Shown here: one piece after another, positions 9,024 through 18,545 of the stretch
Numbering within the stretch: the first letter of the stretch is position 1
How the letters are laid out: the number at the start of each line of letters is the position of its first letter
DNA from: Christensenella sp. UBA7588
GTDB taxonomy: Bacteria; Bacillota; Clostridia; Christensenellales; CAG-917
Length of the DNA: 64,000 nucleotides
Reading direction: 5' to 3'
NCBI GenBank assembly: GCA_002478945.1
Contig: DLKM01000028.1
Span: 57,136 to 121,135 of the forward strand
The notes under the pieces: generated by a model
Databases searched by the model: none
Told to the model about the DNA's origin: nothing
Seen by the model: only the letters and a program-made list of their open reading frames with translations
Position numbers and translations under genes: made by a program

Positions 9024-9760
9024 CTTACTTCCTCTTTGAGCGTCACTTGCGGATTGTTGGTGGAAGGCGTAAGAGACGTCGAAATATAATCTTCTTTGTA
9101 CGGTTGTATGAACACGTCGTCTCCCGCGACGAGCGCAACGAGTACGTTTTGCTGTTTTACGTTGAGATTTGAAAGAAGTTTAAGCATTTTTTCTTTTGTT
9201 TCTCCGTCGAGTTTGGACAGATTTTCAGCGACAAATTCGCCCTCCACGATTATCGCAACGGGGATTTGCGCTTCGTCGACGTTCATATTTACGTCATCGG
9301 GGCATAGCGGACGATTTTGCGCTTTCGGCATAACGCTCAGGTTGCCGTTCGTTTCTAGAATTGCGTATTCGACCTCGCTCGGATTGAAATAACCTGCGCC
9401 TCGCAACGCTTCCATAACGTCGTCGACGTTGAGATTGAGTTCTTTCATTATATCGGGCAGGATGTTGCCTTTTTCGATGATGATAATCGGTTTTCCGTTG
9501 AGAAATTTGCGGAATTTGATGCTTTTCGTCGCAAGTTTCGTGATGAGAATATGCACCAAAAACAGCGAAAATACGGGAATGACTCCGTACAAAATCGGAA
9601 TAGACGCGTCTGCCATAGGAATGCATACGAGGTCGCTTGCGACAAGCGTTATTGCAAGTTCGAAAGGTTGCAATTCGCCGAGTTGTCGCTTGCCCATCAA
9701 TCGCATTGCCACAAGCAGTACGAAATACAATACGAGACTTCTTATAAACAAATTCAGCAT
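9020..9760 (-). CDS. DUF421 (YetF/YrbG-like) membrane protein
   Basis: LVLYFVLLVAMRLMGKRQLGELQPFELAITLV is the typical DUF421 N-terminus. The C-terminal domain is soluble. Confidence 0.8.
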   Translation of the reverse strand: MLNLFIRSLVLYFVLLVAMRLMGKRQLGELQPFELAITLVASDLVCIPMADASIPILYGVIPVFSLFLVHILITKLATKSIKFRKFLNGKPIIIIEKGNILPDIMKELNLNVDDVMEALRGAGYFNPSEVEYAILETNGNLSVMPKAQNRPLCPDDVNMNVDEAQIPVAIIVEGEFVAENLSKLDGETKEKMLKLLSNLNVKQQNVLVALVAGDDVFIQPYKEDYISTSLTPSTNNPQVTLKEEVR

Positions 9761-9793
9761 AGCCGTAGTGTGTTTATAAGGTATGTTTTTATA

Positions 9794-11473
9794 CTACGCC
9801 GTCAGTTTTTGCTCCTTGCGGCCTGTTCGAGTGCCGTAATCGTGCTTTTTGCGGCGTTTTGACGAGCTTTTTCGCCTATCTTCGAGCGTTGCTTCGGGCG
9901 TGGAAGTCGCGGCGTTACGGCGTGATTTTGCGGTGTGTTTCGCGTGACGTTCGGACGGCTTTTTATTATGCTTGCACGCCGTGTCTACGTTGGGCTTTAA
10001 CATCTTTATACAAGCGGCAATATCTACGATTTTGAAAGCGTTGACAATCAAAAAGAAAAAGAAAACGACGTATACGCCCACAACTATTACCGTCGTTATA
10101 TGTCCTGCGTAAGTCCTTAAAAGTCTTGCCGAGAAAAACGCCGAAACCGATAGCAAAACGCTTGAAAAAACCATCGGAGCGGTCTTTTTGAGATTGAGGA
10201 AAGAGCCGACTTCTTTTTTGAGGACGACTAAATTGCACATCGATACGATGCAGAAACAAAGTCCCGTTGCAACGGCCATAGAGTAGACTCCGATAACTTT
10301 TGGCAAGAAGAATATGCAAGGAAGCATCGAAAGCGCGCCGATTATAGTAAAAATCAGAGTGTAGCGTTCTTTTCCGAGGGAGTTTACCATAGGCGTTGTC
10401 GCTTGCGCCGTTGCTATCGGGAAAATGATAAGCGAACAGTATGACACGAATCTGCCTGCCTGTTCGTCGGCAAAAAGAAGTTTGCCGAGACTTTGACCGA
10501 GCGGCATATATAAGGCAAAAAAGAAACTTGCGATAACCACCGCAAACAGCAGCGACGAGGATAATTTGGCTCTTACGGCCTCAATATCGTTTTGTTTACG
10601 CAGTTGCGCGACGTCGGGCGTGAGAACCACCGAAAGCGCGCTGACAAAGGTTACGGGCGCCATAATCAAAGGCAGAGCCATACCTGCCACTCGTCCGTAT
10701 TCTGCGGTGGCTTGCGCGACGCTCATTCCCGACGATACGAGGAGTTGCGGAATTACCAAAGCCGTCAGAGACGCGCCGAGCGACGATATAATACGAGTTG
10801 CAGACAGCGGTATCGTGCGCATCGTCAAATCTTTGAAGCCGCTCGGCTTGCTTATGCGCCCTCCTGCGACGAAATACAGAACGGCGAGAATAATCACGCA
10901 GGTTGCGTCTGAAATGGTAAATGCAAGCGCGATGCCGTTTGCGCCGACTAAGGTCGATATGATTCCGCTTGCAAAAATCATAGAAAGCACGATTCGCACC
11001 GCTTCGTCTATCAGTTCCGTGGACGAAAACGCCAAAAACTTTTTTCTGCCCCAAAACCAACTGCGTAACGAAGCGTAAATCGTCGACGTTATAAGCGACG
11101 GCAACATTATGAAGAATATCGGCAAGCATTGCGGATTTGAAAAGAGGGGAGAGAGTTTGTCCCCGAGCGCGTAAAATACGGCGCAGATAACGGACGATAG
11201 CAAAACGCCGAGTATCAGCGACGCGGTTGTGAGGGAGTTTTGTTTTTTTATTCCGCCGTTTACCGTCGCTTCGGCAACTTTGCGTGACAATACGACGGGC
11301 GCGCCTGCCGTTATAGTGATAAGCATCAAAAGCACGCTGAGGGCAATCTGATACTGTCCGACGACTTCCGCTCCGAGCGCGCGAGACATCCACATCTTGA
11401 ATACGAAAGAAATCAGCCTCGTCACGATTGAAAAACCCGTTACTATGGTAAACGATTTTGCCGTGTTATTCAT
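9794..11473 (-). CDS. MOP-superfamily oligosaccharide/lipid-II flippase (SpoVB / MurJ-like polysaccharide biosynthesis protein)
   Basis: About 14 predicted TM segments with a KMWMSRALGAEVVGQYQ N-terminal motif. I place the start at ATG 11473 (MNNTAKSF) rather than the upstream ORF limit at 11575. The C-terminal tail is unusually basic. Confidence 0.8.
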   Translation of the reverse strand: MNNTAKSFTIVTGFSIVTRLISFVFKMWMSRALGAEVVGQYQIALSVLLMLITITAGAPVVLSRKVAEATVNGGIKKQNSLTTASLILGVLLSSVICAVFYALGDKLSPLFSNPQCLPIFFIMLPSLITSTIYASLRSWFWGRKKFLAFSSTELIDEAVRIVLSMIFASGIISTLVGANGIALAFTISDATCVIILAVLYFVAGGRISKPSGFKDLTMRTIPLSATRIISSLGASLTALVIPQLLVSSGMSVAQATAEYGRVAGMALPLIMAPVTFVSALSVVLTPDVAQLRKQNDIEAVRAKLSSSLLFAVVIASFFFALYMPLGQSLGKLLFADEQAGRFVSYCSLIIFPIATAQATTPMVNSLGKERYTLIFTIIGALSMLPCIFFLPKVIGVYSMAVATGLCFCIVSMCNLVVLKKEVGSFLNLKKTAPMVFSSVLLSVSAFFSARLLRTYAGHITTVIVVGVYVVFFFFLIVNAFKIVDIAACIKMLKPNVDTACKHNKKPSERHAKHTAKSRRNAATSTPEATLEDRRKSSSKRRKKHDYGTRTGRKEQKLTA

Positions 11474-11602
11474 ATATGGAGTATATGATAATAGATAATT
11501 AAAAATTAGTAATAATAATTGCGGAGGCGTTGCCGTTTGCAAATCTTGAGCAAAAAAAAGCACTTGCGGTTGCAAGTGCTTTTTCGTTAAGGTTTGGGTT
11601 GA

Positions 11603-14600
11603 TTATTCTTTGTTGTCGTCGTATTTGTCGCGCTTTGCATCGAGGGAAGGAGTTTCAATCGGAGTTGCGACTTTCTTTTCTTTCTTCTTCGCAATCGGCT
11701 TTCTGACCTTGCGTACGACGTACACGATAACTACGATGATGATGAGCAGTCCGAGAACGATTGTCGGAATCATCCACCACAATGCTTCGGTGTTGAACGT
11801 ACGAGACGGGGTGGTGTTGTTGTCATCGTTGTTGTTGTCGTCATCGTCTGCGGTACCTTTGTTTTCTGACGTTACGGTACGTTTCTTGACGGTTTCGCTT
11901 GCCGTTGCATTGTCAAAATCTTGTTCGGTTACTTTCTTAATCGTAACGTCGTCGAACATTGCGTAACCGTTGGTAAGTCCAGTTACTACGTCTTCGCCGT
12001 CAACCACGTTCGAAATGTATTTTCCGAGCGAGAGCTTGAGGGATACAGACGTGACGTCCTCGTTGAGAGTTTTGACATAGAACTTGTATTCGGTAAATGC
12101 GTCTGCACGAACCGCTTCGAATATGAACGGATTGTCGACTTCGTTGGAAGAACCGAGGTAAAGTTCGATATAAGCGCCTGCTTTTTCGTCGGTATTGAGG
12201 CCGTACGTTCTTACGAATACGCTGACTTCGTAGTAGCTTTGCTCTTTCATCGTTACGGAGGAGCCGGAGTAAGTGTACGCGCTCTTTTCCATATTGTTGA
12301 TTACGAGCATTTGGTTGCCGCTGTGAGCGTAAAGTTCGTTGACGGGAATCCAGTTTTCGGCTTGCAATTTCGCAAGTTTTGCCTTTTGAATTGCTTCGAC
12401 GACCGCTTCTTTATCGGGGAGGTCTTTATATTCGTCTTTGTCTTTTTCTTCCTCGTACTCTTTGTCGGAGACTTTGATGTCTTCGAGTTTGTAATCGTCG
12501 CCGAGGATGCCGACGTATTCGACGTTGTTACCGTCTTTGTCTTTGACGGTCTTTACTTCGTAGTAACCGCCTGCGACGTAGATGATGCCGCTCTTGGTGT
12601 TGCTCGAGCTTTGGTTTGTACCCGTCGTTCCCGTCCAACCGTTGGGAGTGGAGAGAGAACCTCTGGATTCAACCGAGCTGGAAAGTGCGTCGAAACTGTC
12701 CGTAAGGAAGGAGAGTTTGTGAACGTTGTTGCTCTCGACTGCTTCGTTGTAGTCGGATTCGTCGATAGAAGTGTAATATACGTTATCGAAGAATACGTTG
12801 CCCTTGGATGCTGCTTTTTGAGCCTTGATGGCTTTTTTGATTACGTTTGCGTCGGTGTTCTCGTCGTAATCGGGATTTGCTGCTCTTTCCGCTTCGATTT
12901 CGGCATCGGTAACTTCGATGTCGGTGTAGTCAACGTTATCGCCGAGCCACAAGTTGAGCTTGGTGGAGACGCTTGCCTGACCTACTTCGATGTAGAACGT
13001 GTATTTTGTCCATTCGGTGCCGTTGCCCGTAATCGTGAAGGAGCTTACGCCTGCCGTGAGTGAAGATTCGCCGGAGAGATAGATGTTCGCTTTGGTTTCG
13101 CCGACAGTCTTTGCGTACACGGAGATTCTGTAGTAAGTGTTGGACGAGAGCGTAACGCTCGAGGATGCAAATCCTACCGCATAGCCCTTGGACGACGCGC
13201 TGTTGTTGCCTATTGCAAGAACGTGACCTTTCTTGCCGGGGAGTGAACCGAGGACTTCCGCAGAGGTTGTCTTGTCGACCGACGGATAGAATCCGTTGAA
13301 GTCGATAGTGTTAGCGAATGCGGCGTTTGCCTGATTGCTTGCCGTGAAGGAGAGACCGTCCGTCGTGTTGAACTTGATAACGCCTGCCACGAGGTTGGAA
13401 TCGGCGGTGTTTGCGCCGAGTTTGTTGTCGCTGATAGTCCAATCGCTCGGAGTTGCCGCAACGTTTTGGTCCTCGAGACCTTTGCCTTCTTCGAGGTTTT
13501 TGTCGTCAAGGTCGTAGCTGTCGAAGCTGCCGTTCTTGAATGCGTAAGACAAGCTGGAAGAAAGGTCGATTGCCTTGCTGTAAGTGCCTGTAGACGTCGA
13601 GGAGTAAGTGGAGTGAGATACTTCCGAACCGTTTATGTTGGTAACGAACAAGGAGCCTTTTGCAAGCGTGGACGCCGTCCAACGAGTGCCTGTGCCGAGA
13701 GCGAACTTGAACGCGATGTCAACATTTCTGTCGTTTGCGCCGGTAATGACCACGGTAAGCTCGCACCAGTCGTTTTGATACTTGTCGTAGTCGGTGGTGT
13801 TAATCTTGGAGAACGTTGCCAAAGTGGTGTCGTCCTCGTCTGCTCCGTTCTTTTTGAGAACGTAGACGTATGCGCCGCTGGTGGATTTGACGTCTTGCGT
13901 CTTAATCCACAAGGAAATGCGGTAATATTTGTTCTTCTCAATCGTTATGGTGTTTGTTTCCACTTCGTAGTAACTTTCGGAGGAAGCGTGCATCATATAT
14001 GCGACAGGATTGAGAATTTCATAGGGTTTGTCGGGATAAGTGCCTTTGCCGCCCGTCGTATCGAGGAATCTTTCTTCGTTTTCGATGCTTACGACGCCGT
14101 CGCTGATGATGCCGTCGATAATCGGATTGGTCACTTTAGAGGTGTCGTATTTGCTCGACCAACCGGAGGGAACACCCGAACCGAGGGGTTCCACAACGCC
14201 GTCCATCGAACTCTTGTTGGTATCGGATTCGAGCATATCGGCGAGCATATTAGTCGTGGTAAGGTCAACGACGATGCTCGTCAATGAGTCGTTTCCGGAG
14301 CAGTCGAGAGTTTGGTCTGCATTTGCACCGTCGGTGGGGAATTGGCTGTCCTCGAGTTCGTTGAGGTTAAGTCCGTCGACAAATACCCAACCGGACGAGA
14401 AAGTGCCGTTTGCGTTGTAAACGGTCTTTTTGTTGTATGTGCCGGCAGTATTGCTGTTGGTGCCTTCCGTGCCGAGCCAAATGCTCATATTGTAGCTATA
14501 GTTTTTGAACTGGTTGCCTTTGATATAGAAGGTGTAGGTCGTCCAACCCGTCATACCCTTTCCGGCTACGGTCGGGTCTTGCGGATTTAAGGAAGCGTCG

Positions 14601-16012
14601 TTGTCGACGTCAAGTGCCTTTTCGCCCACGAGGAAGTCGTTGGAGGGGTTGGAACAGATGCCTTTGATAACGATGTCTTTGCCGTCGTTACCCGTAAGGA
14701 TAAGAGATACGCCCGCGCCGTGAATGTTGTATGCGAACAAATCTACGGACAATGCGTACATCTTGTTGCGCTCGATGGTTATCGTGCGTGAAGATTTGAT
14801 GCTTTGTGCCGTGAGATATTGTTGAGACATCATAAACACGTTGGAGCCTATAACGGATTGCGCTCTGCCTGTCGTGAAGATGGAGTCTTTGATGCCTTCG
14901 AGCATATCGGCAGGTTTATAATCTTTCAATTCGCCCAAAGAATAGCTGTTGGAGTAGGAGCCGTAATCTTCCGCGAAATTCTTGAGATTGATTATGCCGT
15001 TGTATCTGTATCCCGTGGGGGCTACGTCGTCTTTACCGCTGTTGCCTGCGACCAAAGACCAGCCGTTGGGTGCGCCGGAGGGACCTACGACTGTGGAACC
15101 GAAATCGAAACGACCGTTGGGAACTTTCAAAGTAGCGGTGGTAACGGATTTGTCCTTACCTTCGTTTTGATTTTGAAGTTCGTCTGCAACCGCTTGTGCG
15201 TATACTTCGGAGCCTTTTTCTTCGATTTGTTCGAGAGAGAGGTTGTCAAACACGGCGTAACCGGTGGAGAGACCGCTTTGGTCTGCGGAAGTCGCTCTGC
15301 CGAGACCGAGCATAACGTTCAAAGACGTGGAAGAAACCGCAGACGCTTCGATGACTACCTGATAGGTTTTCCAAGTGTCGTTGGTGTCGATACCCTTGAT
15401 TTCGGCATAAGTGTTGGAGCTGACGTAGATGCGTGCGCCGCGTTCTGCTTCGTTGCTGCCGCCGATGTTGTGGGTAAGCACGTCAACGCTGAGTCTGTAA
15501 TAGCCGCCCTTTTCGAGAGTGAAGGAAGTGGAGGTGTAACCGTATGCCGTGGGGCCGTGAACGGTTTTGCCGTCCGAATCCGTGCCTTCTTCGGGCATAT
15601 AGACCATCAAAGAGTGCTTGTATTCGCGATTTGCATATCTTCCGTCTGCGACAAGCAAGTTGTAAAGGGCGTCTTGTTGGTCGTCCCACTTGCTCTTGTT
15701 TGCGTCGTAAAGAGCCTTATCGAGGCTGATGACGCCCGCCGTTACGTCGGATTTGTAACTGCCGGAAGAAAACATCTTCGCGCCTGTCCAACCCGTTACG
15801 GAACGAGGATAGGTCGTTACGTTCGAATCGATAACCTTGAAGTCGCCGTTTTTGATGAGGAGACCCTCCGTCTCTTTAACGGTTTCGGTTGTATTGTTCG
15901 AATTGCCGCCGTTGTTGTCGCTGTTGTCGTTGCACGCGACAAGCATACACGATGAAAGTGCGATAATCGCAATCATCATAAGTGCTAAAACTACAAATTT
16001 TTTCTTGTTCAT
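11603..16012 (-). CDS. 1469-aa surface protein with an N-terminal lipoprotein signal, five divergent CBM-like (galactose-binding-like) repeat domains, and a C-terminal TM anchor plus basic tail
   Basis: The signal peptide has lipoboxes LSSC/LVAC. A module recurs five times: NG.F....W..., YY(R/E)(I/L/V)SV..(K/R)T..., GA(Y/R)I(Y/E)(V/L), W(T)(K/E)Y.F(Y/V)(I/V), ...GYA(V/M)FD(N/D). The C-terminus is ALWWMIPTIVLGLLIIIVVIVYVV followed by RKVRKPIAKKKEKK. Confidence 0.85.
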   Translation of the reverse strand: MNKKKFVVLALMMIAIIALSSCMLVACNDNSDNNGGNSNNTTETVKETEGLLIKNGDFKVIDSNVTTYPRSVTGWTGAKMFSSGSYKSDVTAGVISLDKALYDANKSKWDDQQDALYNLLVADGRYANREYKHSLMVYMPEEGTDSDGKTVHGPTAYGYTSTSFTLEKGGYYRLSVDVLTHNIGGSNEAERGARIYVSSNTYAEIKGIDTNDTWKTYQVVIEASAVSSTSLNVMLGLGRATSADQSGLSTGYAVFDNLSLEQIEEKGSEVYAQAVADELQNQNEGKDKSVTTATLKVPNGRFDFGSTVVGPSGAPNGWSLVAGNSGKDDVAPTGYRYNGIINLKNFAEDYGSYSNSYSLGELKDYKPADMLEGIKDSIFTTGRAQSVIGSNVFMMSQQYLTAQSIKSSRTITIERNKMYALSVDLFAYNIHGAGVSLILTGNDGKDIVIKGICSNPSNDFLVGEKALDVDNDASLNPQDPTVAGKGMTGWTTYTFYIKGNQFKNYSYNMSIWLGTEGTNSNTAGTYNKKTVYNANGTFSSGWVFVDGLNLNELEDSQFPTDGANADQTLDCSGNDSLTSIVVDLTTTNMLADMLESDTNKSSMDGVVEPLGSGVPSGWSSKYDTSKVTNPIIDGIISDGVVSIENEERFLDTTGGKGTYPDKPYEILNPVAYMMHASSESYYEVETNTITIEKNKYYRISLWIKTQDVKSTSGAYVYVLKKNGADEDDTTLATFSKINTTDYDKYQNDWCELTVVITGANDRNVDIAFKFALGTGTRWTASTLAKGSLFVTNINGSEVSHSTYSSTSTGTYSKAIDLSSSLSYAFKNGSFDSYDLDDKNLEEGKGLEDQNVAATPSDWTISDNKLGANTADSNLVAGVIKFNTTDGLSFTASNQANAAFANTIDFNGFYPSVDKTTSAEVLGSLPGKKGHVLAIGNNSASSKGYAVGFASSSVTLSSNTYYRISVYAKTVGETKANIYLSGESSLTAGVSSFTITGNGTEWTKYTFYIEVGQASVSTKLNLWLGDNVDYTDIEVTDAEIEAERAANPDYDENTDANVIKKAIKAQKAASKGNVFFDNVYYTSIDESDYNEAVESNNVHKLSFLTDSFDALSSSVESRGSLSTPNGWTGTTGTNQSSSNTKSGIIYVAGGYYEVKTVKDKDGNNVEYVGILGDDYKLEDIKVSDKEYEEEKDKDEYKDLPDKEAVVEAIQKAKLAKLQAENWIPVNELYAHSGNQMLVINNMEKSAYTYSGSSVTMKEQSYYEVSVFVRTYGLNTDEKAGAYIELYLGSSNEVDNPFIFEAVRADAFTEYKFYVKTLNEDVTSVSLKLSLGKYISNVVDGEDVVTGLTNGYAMFDDVTIKKVTEQDFDNATASETVKKRTVTSENKGTADDDDNNNDDNNTTPSRTFNTEALWWMIPTIVLGLLIIIVVIVYVVRKVRKPIAKKKEKKVATPIETPSLDAKRDKYDDNKE

Positions 16013-16271
16013 ACCAAACCTGTAAAAGATTTATTTTGCTCGGACTTGCGTCCTTTATTGTTGCCGATTTTCGATTTTCTGCGCGCAATCGCTTGCGTAT
16101 ACGCACGTTATGCGCACATAAATTTATCAATATGCTTTGTTATTCTAATACAAATACATTATTTTTGCAATAAAAAATCATACTTTCTTCCATTTTAATA
16201 AAAATAAAGATATGCAAAGCAATATATCGGCGCATACGATTATGGCGCAAAACTATTTCAAATATAACCGA

Positions 16272-16643
16272 ATGGAACAAAAGCCTTCGGTATCAAAGCA
16301 AATTTTGCTACTGATTTCGGGGCTTGCCATAGGCGTGGTTACGGGGCTGTTCGGCGCGGGCGGAGGTATGCTTACCGTGCCTGCTCTGACCTTTTTCGCA
16401 GGGCTTGACGAAAAGCATTCTCACGCGACGGCAATCGCGATTATCTTGCCGTTGTGTCTTATAAGTTGCATAGTGTACGCAGTTGGCGCAACGTTTGAAA
16501 ACGGTGTGATTTTGCCCACCGTTATAGGCGTTACCGTAGGTGGCGCGCTCGGTGCGATTTTGCTCAAAAAGATGTCTAACGGAGCGATTTCGTTTGTGTT
16601 TTACGCGCTGATGTTGTTTGCGGGATTAAAAATGATTTTTTGA
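16272..16643 (+). CDS. half-size TauE/SafE (TSUP family) membrane protein, 4 TM
   Basis: GLFGAGGGMLTVPAL motif in TM1 and about 4 hydrophobic segments. The start is uncertain: the ORF is open from 16212, and ATG 16272 gives 123 aa. Confidence 0.7.
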   Translation: MEQKPSVSKQILLLISGLAIGVVTGLFGAGGGMLTVPALTFFAGLDEKHSHATAIAIILPLCLISCIVYAVGATFENGVILPTVIGVTVGGALGAILLKKMSNGAISFVFYALMLFAGLKMIF

Positions 16644-16711
16644 TAAAAACGGCAGTTTATCGTAAATTTTATATCGATAAACATATACTTTTTGCAAAAA
16701 TGAGGTAAATT

Positions 16712-17083
16712 ATGCAATTTTTGTATTTTGTTTTGGCAGGTATTGCGGGCGGCATTCTGGCAGGAATGGGAATGGGCGGAGGCACGCTCACGTTGCCCAT
16801 TCTCGTCATAGGTTTGTCGGTGGGGCAACTCACGGCGCAATTCGCAAATCTCGTGGCGTTTTTGCCGTCGGGTTCGCTTGCTTTGAGCGTGCATATAAAA
16901 AACGGTCTCGTCGAGAAAAACAGCGTGCTTCGGTTGCTTTTTCCTGCCGTGGCGTCTTGCGCCGTCTGTTCGTTTTTCGCAACGAAAATCGACGGGGAAT
17001 TGCTCAAGAAACTGTTCGGAGGTTTTTTGGCTGCTATTGCGGTTGCGTCGCTTGCGGCAAAAGTCGTCGATAAAAAAAGTTGA
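16712..17083 (+). CDS. half-size TauE/SafE (TSUP family) membrane protein, 4 TM
   Basis: GMGMGGGTLTLPIL motif in TM1; 123 aa. RBS gaggt upstream. Confidence 0.7.
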   Translation: MQFLYFVLAGIAGGILAGMGMGGGTLTLPILVIGLSVGQLTAQFANLVAFLPSGSLALSVHIKNGLVEKNSVLRLLFPAVASCAVCSFFATKIDGELLKKLFGGFLAAIAVASLAAKVVDKKS

Positions 17084-17171
17084 CGCTTTTTCGGATTGTT
17101 AAAAGCGACGATTCAGAGTAATTTTTACGAAAAAAAGATTAAAATTTGCGGTTTTTTCAAAAAAAGGGGTA

Positions 17172-17200
17172 TTTACATTGTATAAAATCTAATGTATAAT
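17172..17200 (+). promoter_or_regulatory. putative sigma-A promoter of the rnf operon
   Basis: TTTACA (17172-17177), a 17-nt spacer, then TATAAT (17195-17200), 40 nt upstream of rnfC. Confidence 0.6.
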
Positions 17201-17239
17201 TGTCTTAATCTTTATATTTAGTACGAAAGGAATGGTTTT

Positions 17240-18544
17240 ATGACTATCTCGCTGAGGACTTTTCGCAGAGGAATACATCCTCCTGCAAACAAATTTACGA
17301 AAGACTCTCCTCTTGAAGATTTTCCTATACCCGAAAAGTTGTTCGTACCGTTGTCTCAACACATCGGCGCGCCTGCAAACGCAGTCGTTCAGGTCGGAGA
17401 CCACGTTGACGAAGGACAACTTATAGGCGAGGCAAACGGCTTTGTTTCGGCAAACGTTTATTCGCCCGTTTCAGGCACGGTCAAATCGTTCGTAACGTTG
17501 CCGACGGCAACGGGACAGGATGCCTTGCACGTCGAAATCGAAAACGATTTTCTTTACACATCGCAATCGCTCAAACCGCTCAAGGACCCGACCAAAGACG
17601 AGATTATCGCAAGGGTCAGAGAGGCAGGTATCGTTGGTATGGGCGGCGCGACTTTCCCAACGCACGTCAAGTTGTCTCCCAAAGACAAAGTGGACACTCT
17701 CATAATAAACGGCGCGGAATGCGAGCCTTATATCACTTGCGACTACCGTTTGTTTATGGAAAAGGCTCCTACGATTATCAAGGGCATCAAACTTTTGATG
17801 AAAGCGTTGGACGTTACGCACGCTTATATCGGCATCGAGTCCAACAAGATTTCGGCTATCAGATACCTTACGAGCCTCGTTCCGCAAGGCATCGACGTGA
17901 TGAAGCTCAAGACGAAGTTTCCGCAGGGAGCGGAGAAACAACTCATTTATGCAATCACTCGCAGAGTTGTTCCTACGGGCGCGCTTCCGTCGAGCGTCGG
18001 ATGCGTCGTATGCAACGCGCATACCGCCTATTCCGTGGCAAGAGCGGTTCTTTTCGGAGACCCTTGCTACAAGAGAGTTATGACCGTTTCGGGCGGCGGT
18101 GTGGAAAACAGAGGCAATTTCTGGGTTCGCAACGGCACGCCGTATCAGTTCGTATACGACACTTGCAGAGGAGACAAGGACGAGGACGTCACGAGAAAAG
18201 TCGTCAGCGGAGGTCCTATGATGGGCTTTGCGCAAGCTGATTTGAGAGCGTGTTGCTCAAAGGGTACTTCCTGCCTGCTGTTCCTTACCAAGAAAGAATT
18301 CAATACAAGTCCCACGACGCCGTGCATAAGTTGCGGCAAGTGCATAATCAACTGCCCGATGTCCCTCGTTCCGAGAGAAATAGAAAGAGCGGTGGAAAAG
18401 AACGATTTCGAAGGCACTTTCAAGATGGGGGTTCTCAACTGTATGGAATGCGGAGCCTGCTCCTATTCCTGTCCTGCAAAGCGGCCGCTCGTTCAGGCGA
18501 TGCGCCTTGCGAAAAAAGAAATAAAAACGAGGGGGATAAAATAA
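17240..18544 (+). CDS. rnfC: Rnf electron-transport complex subunit C
   Basis: SQHIGAPA...GMGGATFPTHVKL motifs and two C-terminal 4Fe-4S motifs (CISCGKCIINCP, CMECGACSYSCP). It is the first gene of the rnfCDGEAB order. Confidence 0.93.
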   Translation: MTISLRTFRRGIHPPANKFTKDSPLEDFPIPEKLFVPLSQHIGAPANAVVQVGDHVDEGQLIGEANGFVSANVYSPVSGTVKSFVTLPTATGQDALHVEIENDFLYTSQSLKPLKDPTKDEIIARVREAGIVGMGGATFPTHVKLSPKDKVDTLIINGAECEPYITCDYRLFMEKAPTIIKGIKLLMKALDVTHAYIGIESNKISAIRYLTSLVPQGIDVMKLKTKFPQGAEKQLIYAITRRVVPTGALPSSVGCVVCNAHTAYSVARAVLFGDPCYKRVMTVSGGGVENRGNFWVRNGTPYQFVYDTCRGDKDEDVTRKVVSGGPMMGFAQADLRACCSKGTSCLLFLTKKEFNTSPTTPCISCGKCIINCPMSLVPREIERAVEKNDFEGTFKMGVLNCMECGACSYSCPAKRPLVQAMRLAKKEIKTRGIK

Positions 18545-18545
18545 T

